A DNA stretch of 64,000 nucleotides from Ranitomeya imitator (lineage: Eukaryota): contig NC_091288.1 in NCBI RefSeq assembly GCF_032444005.1, forward strand, positions 210,366,001 to 210,430,000. The letters run 5' to 3'. Under the pieces are notes generated by a model. It was given only the letters and a program-made list of their open reading frames with translations, was not told the origin of the DNA and did not search any database. Both the position numbers and the translations under genes were made by a program. Below, piece after piece: positions 44,993-59,900 of this stretch. Positions within the stretch are counted from its first letter, which is position 1; each line of letters begins with the position of its first letter.

Positions 44993-47900
44993 CAGACAAC
45001 TGACACGTTTCGGCATTCGCTCCTGTTCTGTAAACTCCATCGACATGTCTCTAAGAATCCCTGTTCAGAAGGTCCTGTGTGTGGCTGAGAAGAATGATGC
45101 CGCCAAGGGGATCGCCGATCTTATGTCCAACGGGAGGATGAGGAGGGTGAGGTCACTGAAGGCAATTTCTTTATTAAAAAGGGGACCGTAATGGGCACGG
45201 TCACATATGCAAATATCACACACACCTTCCTACAAGATCCATGGCAGAAATCTATGGCTCGCGACCAGTCACTGGTTTGCGGGACATCTGTTTTCGCATC
45301 AACCCTGATGTCATTCATTGGGGACTCATCTTCCCACATGCAAGAAGAATTCGCAAATTTTCCATTTCATATTTGCATGCATACGATATACAGATGCTAC
45401 TCACAAAATTAGAATATCATCAAAAAGTTAATTTATTTCAGATCTTCAATACAAAAAGTGAATCTCATATATAGAGTCATTACAAACAGAGTGATCGATT
45501 TCACGTGTTTTTCTATTAATGTCGATGATTATGGCTTACAGCCAATGAGAACCCAACAGTCATCCATTTTTTTTTATACATATATATTTACAGCGAGAAG
45601 GGTTTTCAAAGTTTAACAAGATCTATGAGTACGAATATCACCTTTTTGGAAGGGTAAGTGATAAAAATGAGAGAGGGAAGAATATATGTATACCACAATA
45701 GTTCATTGTTTGCTGCCAGAAGCTGTTTCTATTCACTGACTGCAGGCAGAGATTTCGATTTACAATGTGCTTGGTGATTTGCGCTATTTTACAGACACTC
45801 GCCAACTATTTGGCCTTGTATGTCCTTGGTTTGGGTGTTTATATATCTTTTGTATTCTCATATTATTCTATTATCATATATTTTATCATTTCTCCGCAGG
45901 ACGTCTCCGTCATTATGACTTCTGTGTCCGGACATTTGCTGGCGCTGGAATTTCAGAGTCACCTGAAGTCCTGGTTGGTTTCTTCTTTGAAAATCTTTAG
46001 AACTGATGGACAGAGATCTGCAATGTTGTCGGTGTCAGTGCAGCTTATCAGAGATATCAGATAATTCTAATGAAACTAAAGAAATAAAAATGTTTTATTT
46101 AACCCCTTTACCCCCAAGGGTGGTTTGCACGTTAATGACCAGGCCAATTTTTACAATTCTGACCACTGTCTCTTTATGAGGTTATAACTCTGGAACGCTT
46201 CAATGGATCCTGGTGATTCTGACATTGTTTTCTCGTGACATATTGTACTTCATGACAATGGTAAAAATTCTTTGATAGTACCTGCGTTTATTTGTGAAAA
46301 AAACGGAAATTTGGCGAAAATTATGAAAATTTCGCAATTTTCCAACTTTGAATTTTTATGCAATTAAATCACAGAGATATGTCACACAAAATACTTAATA
46401 AGTAACATTTCCCACATGTCTACTTTACATCAGCACAATTTTGGAACCAAAATTTTTTTTTGTTAGGGAGTTATAAGGGTTAAAAGTTGACCAGCAATTT
46501 CTCATTTCTACAACACCATTTTATTTTAGGGACCACATCTCATTTGAAGTCATTTTGAGGGGTCTATATGATAGAAAATACCCAAGTGTGACACCATTCT
46601 AAAAACTACACCCCTCAAGGTGCTCAAAACCATATTCAAGAAGTTTATTAACCCTTCTGGTGCTTCACAGGAATTTTTTGAATGTTTAAATAAAAATGAA
46701 CATTTAACTTTTTTTCACAAAAAATTTAATTCAGCTCCAATTTGTTTTATTTTACCAAGGGTAACAGGAGAAAATGGACCCCAAACATTGTTGTACAATT
46801 TGTCCTGAGTATGCTAATACCCCACATGTGGGGTTAAACCACTGTTTGGGCGCATGGCAGAGCTCGGAAGCGAAGGAGTGCCATTTGACTTTTCAATGCA
46901 AAATTGACTGGAATTGAGATGGGACGCCATGTTTCGTTTGCAGAGCCCCTGATGTGGCTAAACATTGAAACCCCCCACAAGTGACACAATTTTGGAAAGT
47001 AGACCCCCTAAGGAACTTATCTAGAGGTGTGGTGAGCACTTTGACCCACCAAGTGCTTCACAGAAGTTTATAATGCAGAGCCGTAAAAATAAAACAAAAT
47101 TGTTTTCCCACAAAAATTATTTTTTTAGCCCCCAGTTTTGTATTTTCCTGAGGGTAACAGGAGAAATTGGACCCCAAAATTTGTTGCCCAATTTGTCCTG
47201 AGTGCGATGATACACCATATGTGGGGGAAACCACTGTTTGGGCACATGGGAGGGCTCAGAAGGGAAGGAGCTCCATTTGGAATGAGGACTTAGATGGATT
47301 GGTCTGCAGGTGTCACATTGCATTTGCAGAGCCCCTAATGTACCTAAACAGTAGAAACCTCCCACAAGTGACATCATTTTGGAAACTAGACCCCCTAAGG
47401 AACTCATCTAGATGTGTTGTGATAGCTTTGAACCCCCAAGTGTTTCACTACAGTTTGTAACGCAGAGCCGTGAAAATTTAAAAAAAAAATCTTTCCCCCC
47501 AAAATTATTTTTAGCCCCCAGTTTTGTATTTTCCCGAGGGTAAGAGGAGAAATTCGACCCCAAAAGTTGTTGTCCAATTTGTCCTGAGTACGCTGATACC
47601 CCGTATGTTGGGGGAAACCACCGTTTGAGCGCATGGCAGAGCTCGGAAGGGAAGGAGCGCCATTTGGAATGCAGACTTAGATGGAATGGTCTGCAGACGT
47701 CACATTGCGTTTGCAGAACCCCTAATGTACCTAAACAGTAGAAACCCCCCACAAGTGACCCCATATTGGAAACTAGACCCCCCAGGGAACTAATCTAGAT
47801 GTGTTGTGAGAACTTTGAACCCCCAAGTGTTTCACTACAGTTTATAACGCAGAGCCGTGAAAATAAAAAATCTTTTTTTTTCCCACAAAAAATATGTTTT

Positions 47901-50900
47901 AGCCCCGAGTTTTGTATTTTCCCAAGGGTAACAGGAGAAATTGGACCACAAAAGTTGTTGTCCTATTTGTCCTGAGTACGCTGATACCCCATATGTTGGG
48001 GTAAACCCCTGTTTGGACACACGGGAGAGCTCGGAAGGGAAGAAGCACTGTTTTACTTTTTCAACGCAGAATTGGCTGGAATTGAGATCGGACGCCATGT
48101 CGCGTTTGGAGAGCCCCTGATGTGCCGAAACAGTGGAAACCCCCCAATTATAACTGAAACCCTAATCCAAACACACCCCTAACCCTAATCCCAACAGTAA
48201 CCCTAACCGCACCCCTAACCCAGACACACCCCTAACCCTAATCCCAACCCTATTCCCAACCGTAAATGTAATCTAAACCCTAACTGTAACTTTAGCCCCA
48301 ACCCTAACTGTAGCCCCAACCCTAACCCTAACCCTAACCCTAGCCCTAACCCTTTAATTTTTCCCTAACTAAGGGGGTGATGAAGGGGGGTTTGATTTAC
48401 TTTTATAGCGGGTTTTTTAGCGGAGTTTTATGATTGGCAGCCGTCACACACTGAAAGACGCTTTTTATTGCAAAAAATATTTTTTGCTTTACCACATTTT
48501 GAGAGCTATAATTTTTCTATATTTTGGTCCACAGAGTCATGTGAGATCTTGTTTTTTGCGGGACAAGTTGACGTTTTTATTGGTAACATTTTCGGGCACG
48601 TGACATTTTTTGATCGCTTTTTATTCCGATTTTTGTGAGGCAGAATGACCAAAAACCAGCTATTCGTGAATTTCTTTTGGGGGAGGCGTTTATACCGTTC
48701 CGCGTTTGGTAAAATTGATAAAGCAGTTTTATTCTTTGGGTCAGTACGATTACAGCGACACCTCATTTATATCATTTTTTTATGTTTTGGCGCTTTTATA
48801 CGATAAAAACTATTTTATAGAAAAAATAATTATTTTTGCATCGCTTTATTCTCAGGACTATAACTTTTTATTTTTTTGCTGATGATGCTGTATGGCGGCT
48901 CGTTTTTTGCGGGACAAGATGACGCTTTCAGCGGTACCATGGTTATTTATATCTGTCTTTTTGATCGCGTGTTATTCCACTTTTTGTTCGGCGGTATGAT
49001 AATAAAGCGTTGTTTTTTGCCTCGTTTTTTTTTTTTTTTTTTCCTTACGGTGTTTACTGAAGGGGTTAACTAGTGGGCCAGTTTTATAGGTCGGGTCGTT
49101 ACGGACGCGGCGATACTAAATATGTGTACTTTTATTGTTTTTTTGTTTTTTTTATTTAGATAAAGAAATGTATTTATGGGAATAATATATATATTTTTTT
49201 TTTTTTTGTTTTTACACATTTGAAAAAATTTTTTTTTACTTTTTTACTTTGTCCCAGGGGGGGACAATACAGATCGGTGATCTGACAGTGTGCATAGCAC
49301 TCTGTCAGATCACTGATCTGACATGCAGCGCTGCAGCCTTCACAGTGCCTGCTCTAAGCAGGCTCTGTGAAGCCACCTCCCTCCCTGCAGGACCCGGATC
49401 CGCGGCCATCTTGGATCCGGGGCTCGAGCAGGGAGGGAGGGAGGTAAGACCCTCGCAGCAACGCGATCACATCGCGTTGCTGCGGGGGGCTCAGGGAAGC
49501 CCGCAGGGAGCCCCCTCCCTGCGCGGTGCTTCCCTGCACCGCCGGCACATCGCGATCATCTTTGATCGCGGTGTGCCAGGGGTTAATGTGCCGGGGGCGG
49601 TCCGTGACCGCTCCTGGCACATAGTGTCGGATGTCAGCTGCGATAGGCAGCTGACACCCGGCCGCGATCGGCGGCGCTCCCCCCGTGAGCGCCGCCGATC
49701 GTGCTGGACCTACTATCCCGTCCATGGTCATAGGGGCCCACCCCACATGGACGGGATAGTACGTCCGATGTCAGAAAGGGGTTAATGGGGTTATTCTTTT
49801 TTTTCATAGTTAGGATTGTCGGACAGAGCTCGTAAATACAAGTAATTTTGCAATTTACTGCTTGTTAAAATTTGCAACCGTTCTTGAGATATTAACAGTT
49901 TTCTTTTGTTTACAGCTCGTCGGTCTCCTAGGCAACCGGCTGTAAACAAAAGAAAAGTGTTAATATCTCCAGAAAGGCTGCAAATTTTAACAAGCAGTAA
50001 ATTGGAAAATTGCTTGTATTTATGAGCTCTGTCCGACAAGGCTAACTATGAAAAAAAAGAATAACCCCTTTAAATAAAACATTTCAAGAAACTATCTCAA
50101 GAATGACTGCAAATTTTAACAAGCAGTAAATTGGAAAAGCTCTATCTGAAAATATCGATTTCTGAAGAATGGAATAACCTTTTTAAAGAGATTATCCGCT
50201 ACCTGCCCCATCAAATAGAAACTCAAGACTGTGGATTGAAGTGTGAGAGCCGCATGATAATGTCACTCGAGTGCTGGCAGACATTGCTGGAACTGGGTCG
50301 GTTAGCCACGTGATTGCAAACTACTTTTATAGGGTACAATCACATTTATGATGGAGTTATTCAGGTAGTGGGCAGCCTTTTTTAAGGAAGCGCTCCAATT
50401 TTGTACCAGTTTAGAATGTAGAAATTTGGCACTACGTATTTCTCTAACTTCTGCTGCTATATGTCTGATGCTTTTCAGCACTGTTGCTCTGTGGGGGTCC
50501 GCGTCTTGAGCCCTCCACTAATTGCACCACTTCAGGTAATGACTCACTGTCTCACTTTGCAGGCGCAGCTGCAACCCAGTTTCATTATTTGATGCAGAAG
50601 TGGAGAAATTTTGCCCAAACGATTTCCTGAACATTAAGGTAAGTTTTCCATCATGTTTAAACCCTTCGTGATCGGACAATCTAAAAAAAGAAAGGAAAAA
50701 AATATATATAGAAAAAACTTCTTGTTTCTCCAGCGATCAGTCCAATGGTAGAGTAAAATATACCTTTTATTTATCCATTGAAAAGTTCCAGATTTCTTCA
50801 GTTATAATATTGCATACATTCAATCCCTTATGGACGACCTGTTTCATGTAAATGCTGCTATCAGATTGACAGCAGCATCTAAATGGTTAACAGCAGCGAT

Positions 50901-53900
50901 CAGATCTCAGCTGCACCCGCACCTGTTAGACAGAGATGCCAGATGACAACATATTTGGTATGGTTATTACTTACTACTGATATATTGATGGACCCGTCTT
51001 TAGGAGGGGGTCATCATTATCGGATGTGTGGTGGTCCGACACCGATAAGTGTTCCTCCAGCTTCACTGTTTCCACGCATGGGGATGAGTCACAGACAACT
51101 TCTGACAATGTTTTTGCAACTTTGACGCCACTTTTGTCCCCAGAGGAAGCGCTGCGATTTTTGGTGCCTGAAACCTGTACTGTTGTGTATGTGCTTGTAG
51201 AAAACCCTGGAGCGGGAGGTGCGGCAGTGCCAGGCTCTCGTTATATGGACGGATTGTGACCGAGAAGGGGAGAACATCGGCTTTGAAATTATCCACGTTT
51301 GCAAAGCGGGTACGGCCTCACCCTCCATGCTGACCGGCCTTATCGGCGGCTCCAAACATTAACCCCTTCATTACTTTTTCTTATAGTGAAACCCAATCTG
51401 CAGGTATTCAGAGCGCGCTTCTCGGAGATCACCCCGCGATCCATCCGAGCCGCCTGCGAGAACCTCACCCCACCCGACCAGAACGTCAGCGACGCTGTGG
51501 ATGTACGGATGGAGCTGGACCTTCGAATAGGTGGGCAGCAGGCAATAGTAGGGGGTCAGCGTTACTCCCTGTCCTGGTACCCCATAGACATCTTTTTTTT
51601 TGTTATTTCCAGGCGCTGCCTTCACCCGCTTCCAGACTCTGCGCCTCCAGAAGATCTTTCCGTCCGTGTTATCCAGCCAGCTCATCAGTTATGGGAGTTG
51701 TCAGTTCCCCACATTGGGGTTTGTAGTCGAGAGATTTAAGGCCATTCAGGCTTTTATTCCAGAAGCCTTTTATAAAATCAAGGGTAAGTGACGAGAACGT
51801 GAACGCGAAGCTTTCTTCTTTATCTGGGCTCTTTTCTTACAGGGAACCTGTCTGCATGCTACATCATACAAGGCTCTTTCTCCACTTATGAGCCTTTTTT
51901 ATTTTCCATCTGCCAATAACCCTCCACTCCGGCCTTTAGAACTCTGCATTTACTCTGCAAAAATTGCTAAAATGTGTCTTTGGTAATACAAGATGAATTG
52001 CCAGCTCACTGAGGGATCAGATTACAGCTGCCTTTTAAAGTCTATAAGGAGGTCAGGAATACAATAAGAAACTCAGGCAGACAGCTTGAATAGCAGCTTA
52101 AGAGTGGATGTTTTATATCGGAATTCACAGCTACACTGCTCAGTACTACTGTATATTGGCCTCAAAGCTCCTCACTTCTTTCTAATAAGTGTTTTATCTC
52201 ACCTATGTTCTGTATTCATAGCTACACTGCTCAGTACTGCTCTGCTATGACTTCCATGACACTTCTTTCTACTAAGTGTTTGTCCTCTATCGCTTCTTTG
52301 AGGGACACATGAAAACATGCTGCTGACACTAGGCAGGAAAAATGTTAAAACCACCCACCAACTGGAACCAAGCTAGTCAGTTTTTGCTTAGTGTCCAAAG
52401 GAGGCAGACATGGGTCTGCGTTCAGACTCCGGCAGGTTTTCACAGGACAGCTTTTTTTTTTTTTTTCAGGCTGCTTTCCCAGGCCCCTCCAGTGGATCAC
52501 TGTCAAAATTTAGTCCACGGCTTCATCGAGGCCTACTTCTGATTTGGTCACTCTTGCCACCACCCAATATAGTTCTTGCAAGCTTTTCTCCCGCTCTTCC
52601 TCCCTGGCCCACTTCCATCAGCCTATCTACGGCGTAGCTTTTCTCGCTATTCCAGCTTCAGGCGTGCATTTTCGTCTCCTCCTCTCCCCCCACAATGCAG
52701 GCCCCACAGGAGCCCCCTACTACCCATGAGGATAGCGTCCCCCCCTCCTACCCTACCCTCCCCTCCTTATCTCAGTCGGTTGCCGACCTAACCACGGTCT
52801 CACAATCCTTGGGCATGACTTTTTCCCCTGATATTTTTTCTTAGTAAATATTTTTTCTCACTTCAATGCTGGACTCATAGCTACACTGCTCAGTACTGCT
52901 CTTTAATGTCTTATATGGTACTTTGTAGTAAGTGTTTTATCTCACTTCTGTGCTGGATTCACAGCTACACTGTTCAGTGCTGCTGTAAAAAAAAAATGTT
53001 CCTACTTTTTTCTAGTAAATGTTTTATCTCACATCAGTGCTGGATTCAGGGCTACATTGGTCAGTACTGCTTTATAGTGTTTTCTCCGCTGCTTCTTTCT
53101 AGTAAACGCAGGATATAGAGGCCAGGTATCATGTTATTGTGTCTGGTATTGCACAGGTGTGGCACTGTTTTTGGGAGATATCAGACATTTTTTTCTTATC
53201 TTTGACAACCCCCTTAAAACTGTTAAAATCTGTTGCTTTTTGTGCCTCTGTTAATTATATCATCTTCTTTGGGTTCAGTGACTCATGATCATGAAGACGG
53301 AATGGTGGAGTTTAACTGGAAAAGAAATCGTCTCTTCAATCATACGGCCTGCCTGGTTCTCTATCAGATCTGTATGGAGGTATGCTTCTGTCTCTTTAAG
53401 GGGTTATTCTCATTTTTACAGATGGATAGTCAGGATAGTAAATGTAAATACAAGCACTTTTGCAAATTTTTGCTTGTTGAAATTTTGCAGCCGTTCTAGA
53501 GATATTAAAACTTTTGTTTTGTTTACAACTTGTTACCTCGGAGACCGACCACCGCTGCCTTCTTAGCTTGTAAGCATTGCGCTTAGGCTCTTCGGGATTA
53601 GGAGGAGACAACGCACTCCAGTGACTCAAAACAGTGTTTATAAGCTCCGTAGGAAAGAGCCTGTAGTCATGACGCATATTCTAGAATCGGTGGTCGGTCT
53701 CCAAGGCAATGAGCTGTAAAGAAAAGAAAAGTGTTAATATCACAAGAACGGCTGACAACTTTATCACGCAGTAAACTGCAAAATTGTTCATATTTACAAG
53801 ATCTATCCAACAATATTCATCTATCAAGACGGTAATTAACACTTTAATGGCCTTGCAATCTACTTTCTATAAATTTATAGGCCTCAGGGCCAAAATAATT

Positions 53901-56900
53901 GGTTATTTTACCAGCGCTGAGCCAATATATTTTTTCAGCAGTATATATTTTTCAGCAGGCTCCTTATCAGAGGTAAGATTGCAATGAATAATAACACCTC
54001 TATACACAGCTGATAACACAGAATCCACCAATCAGAACCGAGTCCTCCCTTCACAATGAATTCTGCACACGCTCATTAGTTGCTTTGATATAAGCGAAGT
54101 TCATTGCTGCTAATGTACGTGTGCAATGTTTAATAGTAAGTGTGAAAATTGCAAGATTTCTCATTTTTAATTCTAATACGGATCATGTTACCGATAGAAA
54201 AAAAATGTAGCAAAAATTTGATTTAAATAATGAAACGTTGTTTGTTGCTTTGTTTTTTTAGGATCCCACAGCAACTGTTGTTCAGGTCGGGAGTAAACCA
54301 AAAAGTAAATGGAGGCCGGTGGCGCTGGACACTGTGGTACGTGGACGGATACGAATACTGGTTTTTACACCTGAGCATTGGTGTCCAATCTGTGGTTCTC
54401 CAGCTGTTGTAAAGCTACAACTCCCAACATGCTCGGGCAATTGGCTATCAGAGCATGCTGAGAGTAGTAGTTTTGCAACAGCTGGAGAGCCACAGATTGG
54501 AAACCACCACACTAGTAATGATGGCTCCGGACACCGCTCCGCCATAGAAAGCGCCATTCCTTAACAATGAATTGTGCCGCACTCACTGTAATAAGTCACT
54601 GACTGTCTCCTCATCGTGTTCACTTCTTCTGTGCAGGAAATGGAAAAATTGGTTTCTCGCAAATTGAAAATCGGAGCGAAAGAAACCATGAAGATTGCAG
54701 AGAAACTCTACACGCAAGGGTAAGGGCAGCCATCGAGAGCGGGACCGACCGCAACAGACAAAACCTTTCATTTTATTTTGCTCATCAGTGTCCTTTTTTT
54801 TTTTTCTTGCAGTTATATCAGCTATCCCCGCACAGAGACCAATATCTTTCCTAAAGATCTAAACCTCACAACGCTGGTCGAGCAGCAGACGCAGGATCCC
54901 CAGTGGGGAGGTTTTGCACAACGTATTCTGGAAAGGGGCGGGCCAACGCCAAGAAATGGGAATAAGACAGATCAAGCCCATCCGCCCATCCACCCCACAA
55001 AGTATACCAACAGTCTGCAGGTGAGGTGTAACAGCAGACCCTTACCAAATAACATAATACTGCCCCCTATGTACAAGAATATAACTACTATAATACTGCC
55101 CCTATGTACAAGAATATAACTACTATAATACTGCTCCTATGTACAAGAATATAACTACTATAATACTGCCCCCTATGTACAAGAATATAACTACTATAAT
55201 GCTGCCCCTATGTACAAGAATATAACTACTATAATACTGCCCCCTATGTACAAGAATATAACTATTATAATACTGCCCCTATGTACAAGACTATAACTAC
55301 TATAATACTGCCCCTATGTACAAGAATATAACTACTATAATACTGCTCCCTATATACAAGAATATAACTACTATAATACTGCCCCTATGTACAAGAATAT
55401 AACTACTATAATGCTGCCCCTATGTACAAGAATATAACTACTATAATACTGCCCCTATGTACAAGAATATAACTATTATAATACTGCCCCTATGTACAAG
55501 ACTATAACTACTATAATACTGCCCCTATGTACAAGAATATAACTACTATAATACTGCTCCTATGTACAAGAATATAACTACTATAATACTGCCCCTATGT
55601 ACAAGACTATAACTACTATAATACTGCCCCTATGTACAAGAATATAACTACTATAATACTGCCCCTATGTACAAGAATATAACTATTATAATACTGCCCC
55701 TATGTACAAGACTATAACTACTATAATACTGCCCCTATGTACAAGAATATAACTACTATAATACTGCTCCAATGTACAAGAATATAACTACTATAATACT
55801 GCCCCCTATGTACAAGAATATAACTACTATAATACTGCCCCTATGTACAAGAATATAACTACTATAATACTGCCCCTATGTACAAGAATATAACTACTAT
55901 AATACTGCTCCTATGTACAAGAATATAACTACTGTAATACTGCCCCTATGTACAAGAATATAACTGCTATAATACTGCCCCCTATGTACTAGAATATAAC
56001 TGCTATAATACTGCCCCCTATGTACTAGAATATAACTGCTATAATACTGCCCCCTATGTACTAGAATATAACTGCTATAATACTGCCCCCTATGTACTAG
56101 AATATAACTGCTATAATACTGCCCCCTATGTACTAGAATATAACTGCTATAATACTGCCCCCTATGTACTAGAATATAACTGCTATAATACTGCCCCCTA
56201 TGTACTAGAATATAACTGCTATACCACTTTGACTTGTTTCTTGCTGTTACATGCAGGGTAATGAGCAGCGCCTCTACGAGTTCATTGTGCGTCACTTCTT
56301 GGCCTGCTGCTCTCAGGATGCTCAGGGCCAGGAGACCACAGTTGAGATTGACATTGCCGCTGAGAGGTTTTTTGCTCACGGACTGATGATCATTGCCAGG
56401 AATTATCTGGACGTTTACCCCTATGATAAGTGGAACACCAAGGTAGGGATTGGAGCATTATATTATACTTTTAAGCACAATAATCGAGCAGCGCCCCCTG
56501 CTGGGATGTTTCTTTTCCTATCTTGGTAACTGTAGTTTTGCTGTTCTGTTAGATAATCCCGGTGTATGAGATGGGGTCTAGGTTTCAGCCCACCACGGTG
56601 GAGATGGTGGATGGAGAGACCAGCCCTCCGCAGCTTCTCACAGAAGCAGATCTCATCTCCTTGATGGAAAAACATGGCATAGGTACGTGGCTGTAGAAGA
56701 ACAGAAACTCTGCACCCACCAGGAACAATCAGCAGCACAAAACCTCTAACCTGCCGGTGTCCTCATTGTCTCCTCCAGGGACCGACGCCACCCACGCTGA
56801 GCACATCGAGACCATCAAGTCCCGTATGTATGTGGGTCTCACACCGGAGCAGAGGTTCCTCCCAGGAGAGCTGGGGATGGGGTTGGTGGAAGGTGAGGAT

Positions 56901-59900
56901 CCGGGGTGGATAGATCACTGATCTATCAAGGAATCAGCGGTGATGAAATTAGTAAGATGCAGATTTTTCACTGCTATGGATTCGCCATATATGTCTGATA
57001 CGGGGTCATCTCTGAGACATGTACGTAGCCCGCAGTGTCGCAGCGTCTGTAAATGGGGAGGTGGTCACAGACGCCATGTGCCTCCAGTCACCTACAAGGC
57101 AGCCCCGCGCCTCTGTGTCATCTCCTGGATTTTTCCCTTCCCGTGGCTTCTCATGTCGCCTCTCATCCCCTCCACTGCTCCTCTCACAACCTTTTTTCCC
57201 CTCTCCCCAGACTCTTTGCACCACCTTTTGTCTCCTCCCCAGCTTCCTATCACCTTACCATGCCGCATCCCGTCCCCTGCCTGGCTCTTTGCGTCGCCTT
57301 CCCTCAGATCCACTTCTCGTCTTTCTTGCAAAGTCTTCCATCCTTTCCATGGCATCTTGCGCAGGCTCCTCATGCCAAGTCCTGTTCCTTATCCTGTTCT
57401 TGTATTTTACTTGCTTCTGCATCGGCCACCCTTCCTGTGCCCAGCTCTATGGGTCGTTTCCTATGCCCTACTAGGTAATTTAGTCACCTTCACTGTATCA
57501 CGTGCTCTCCATGGCTTCTTCGGCCACCTCCTGTGCCCTCCCTGCCTCCTCTGGTTGCCTCCAGTGCCCTCCCTGCCTCCTGTGCCCTGCCTGCCTCCTT
57601 GGGCTGTCTTTCCTGCCTCCTCGGGCCACCTCTCCTGCCTTCCCTGGCTCCTCGGGCCGCCTCTCGTGCCTTCCCTGCCCCCTCGGGCCGCCTCCCGTGC
57701 CTTCCCTGCCCCCTCGGGCCGCCTCCTGTGCCTTCCCTGCCCCCTCGGGCCGCCTCCCGTGCCTTCCCTGCCCCCTCGGGCCGCCTCCCGTGCCTTTCCT
57801 GCCCCCTCGGGCCGCCTCCCGTGCCTTTCCTGCCCCCTCGGGCCGCCTCCCGTGCCTTTCCTGCCCCCTCGGGCCGCCTCCCGTGCCTTTCCTGCCCCCT
57901 CGGGCCGCCTCCCGTGCCTTTCCTGCCCCCTCGGGCCGCCTCCCGTGCCTTTCCTGCCCCCTCGGGCCGCCTCCTGTGCCTTTCCTGCCGCTTCGGGCCG
58001 CCTTCCGTGCCGTTCCTGCACCCTCGGGGGTCGCCTTCCGTGCCGTTCCTGCCCCCTCGGGCCGCCTTCTGTGCCGTTCCTGCCCCCTCGGGCCGCCTTC
58101 CGTGCCGTTCCTGCCCCCTCGGGCCGCCTTCCGTGCCGTTCCTGCCCCCTCAGGCCGCCTTCCGTGCCGTTCCTGCCCCCTCGGGCCGCCTTCCGTGCCG
58201 TTCCTGCCCCCTCGGGCCGCCTTCCGTGCCGTTCCTGCCCCCTCGGGCCGCCTTCCGTGCCGTTCCTGCCCCCTCGGGCCGCCTTCCGTGCCGTTCCTGC
58301 CCCCTCGGGCCGCCTTCCGTGCCGTTCCTGCCCCCTCGGGCCGCCTGCCGTGCCTTTCCTGCCCCCTCGGGCCGCCTTCCGTGCCGTTCCTGCCCCCTCT
58401 GGCCGCCTTCCGTGCCGTTCCTGCCCCCTCGGGCCGCCTTCCGTGCCGTTCCTGCCCCCTCTGGCTGCCTCCCTTTCCTTGGCTGACTTCCCTGCCTCCG
58501 TGGACCACCTCCTGTGCCCTCCATGGCTCCTGGGGCCGCCTCCCGTGGTTTTATTACCTCTGTTTTGTAATGAACCCCCTCCACCCTGAGACCGTTATAA
58601 ACCTCCTACATGATCTTCATCCCCCCCCATTGCTTTACATTGATCATTTCCACAGGATACGATTCCATGGGCTTCGAAATGTCCAAGCCGAACCTGCGCG
58701 CTGAATTGGAGGCCGACCTCAAGCTGGTCTGTGAAGGCAAGAAGGACAAGTTCACTGTCTTGAGACAGCAGGTTGAGAAATACAAGCAGGTCTTCATCGA
58801 AGCTGTGGCCAAAGCCACCAAGTGAGTAGTCCTCGGATTGTCATCATATTCACAGCAGAGTTCCTAGGTCATTTATTCTGGATCTGTCCCTCTCTACAGG
58901 TTGGACGAGGCTTTGTCTCAGTATTTTGGACAGGCAGCGCAACCCGTGGAACAGCAGGAGATTTACGCAGAGACTCCTCTTCCTGTACGAAAATGTCCTC
59001 AGTGCAACCGGGATATGGTTCTGAAAACTAAGAGAGATGGCGGGTAGGACGATAATAGGGTTTATGCCGGTGCTCAACCCTTTTATGAGGTTCCCAGAGT
59101 TACACCGTACTTCCCACAAAAGTTCTTAAAGTTTCTGAATTATCCCAAAACCATAAAGTGGAGGAAAGTAAAATGTATAAAGTAAGGAGGGGGATGGAGC
59201 TGCAGCTTCACTGTGTCTGATGGGAGGGGTTGAGTTTGGAGGCATTTGATTGGTTGAGTGTGACGCATCACACCAGGGCGAGCCCGCCCACTCAGATACT
59301 AGAGAGAGAATATGCAGTATGAAAAGGATAAAGACCCCAAACCTCAGGATGGACCCCATAGGGTGACAACTGGTAAATCTCCACCTGTAACTGTCCTGTG
59401 TTTAGGTTCTACATTTCGTGCCTGGGATACCCGAGTTGTAAAACATCCGTCTGGCTCCCCAGCTCCGTCTTGGAGGTGTCACGAGACGAGAGCGTGTGTG
59501 ACGTGTGCGGACCCCACCCGGTGCACAAGTAAGCTGACACTTTATATCTGTATAGGTCCGAGCCGATTCTAAGAACTTTGTTGCTGTCATTGAATGGAAA
59601 CGTTCTGATCTATCACAGCTTCAGTGTGTTACATTGTATCAGTGAAGGCGATCCTAGCCAGCGTCTTATTTTTTGGATGTTCCCTCTTGTACAAAAACCC
59701 TTCCCCTCTTCCTTCTCCCCCTCTAGGCTGAAGTTTAAATTTAAGCGCGGCAGCATCCCCCCGCTGATGCCTCTTGAGTTTGTTGGGTGCATCGGCGGTT
59801 GTGACGAAACTCTGCGAGAAGTCCTAGATCTCAAGTACCTGCAGGGAGGTAACAACAGAGCGGCCCCTCAGTCCGGCCCGAGGGAGAGGAACCAAGTGGG

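Noticed and set aside
56940-58704. 549-, 400-, 336- and 317-aa ORFs
   Set aside because: They lie in the TOP3A intron between exons ending 56892 and starting 58656 and derive from a stop-poor GC-rich 31-bp minisatellite.
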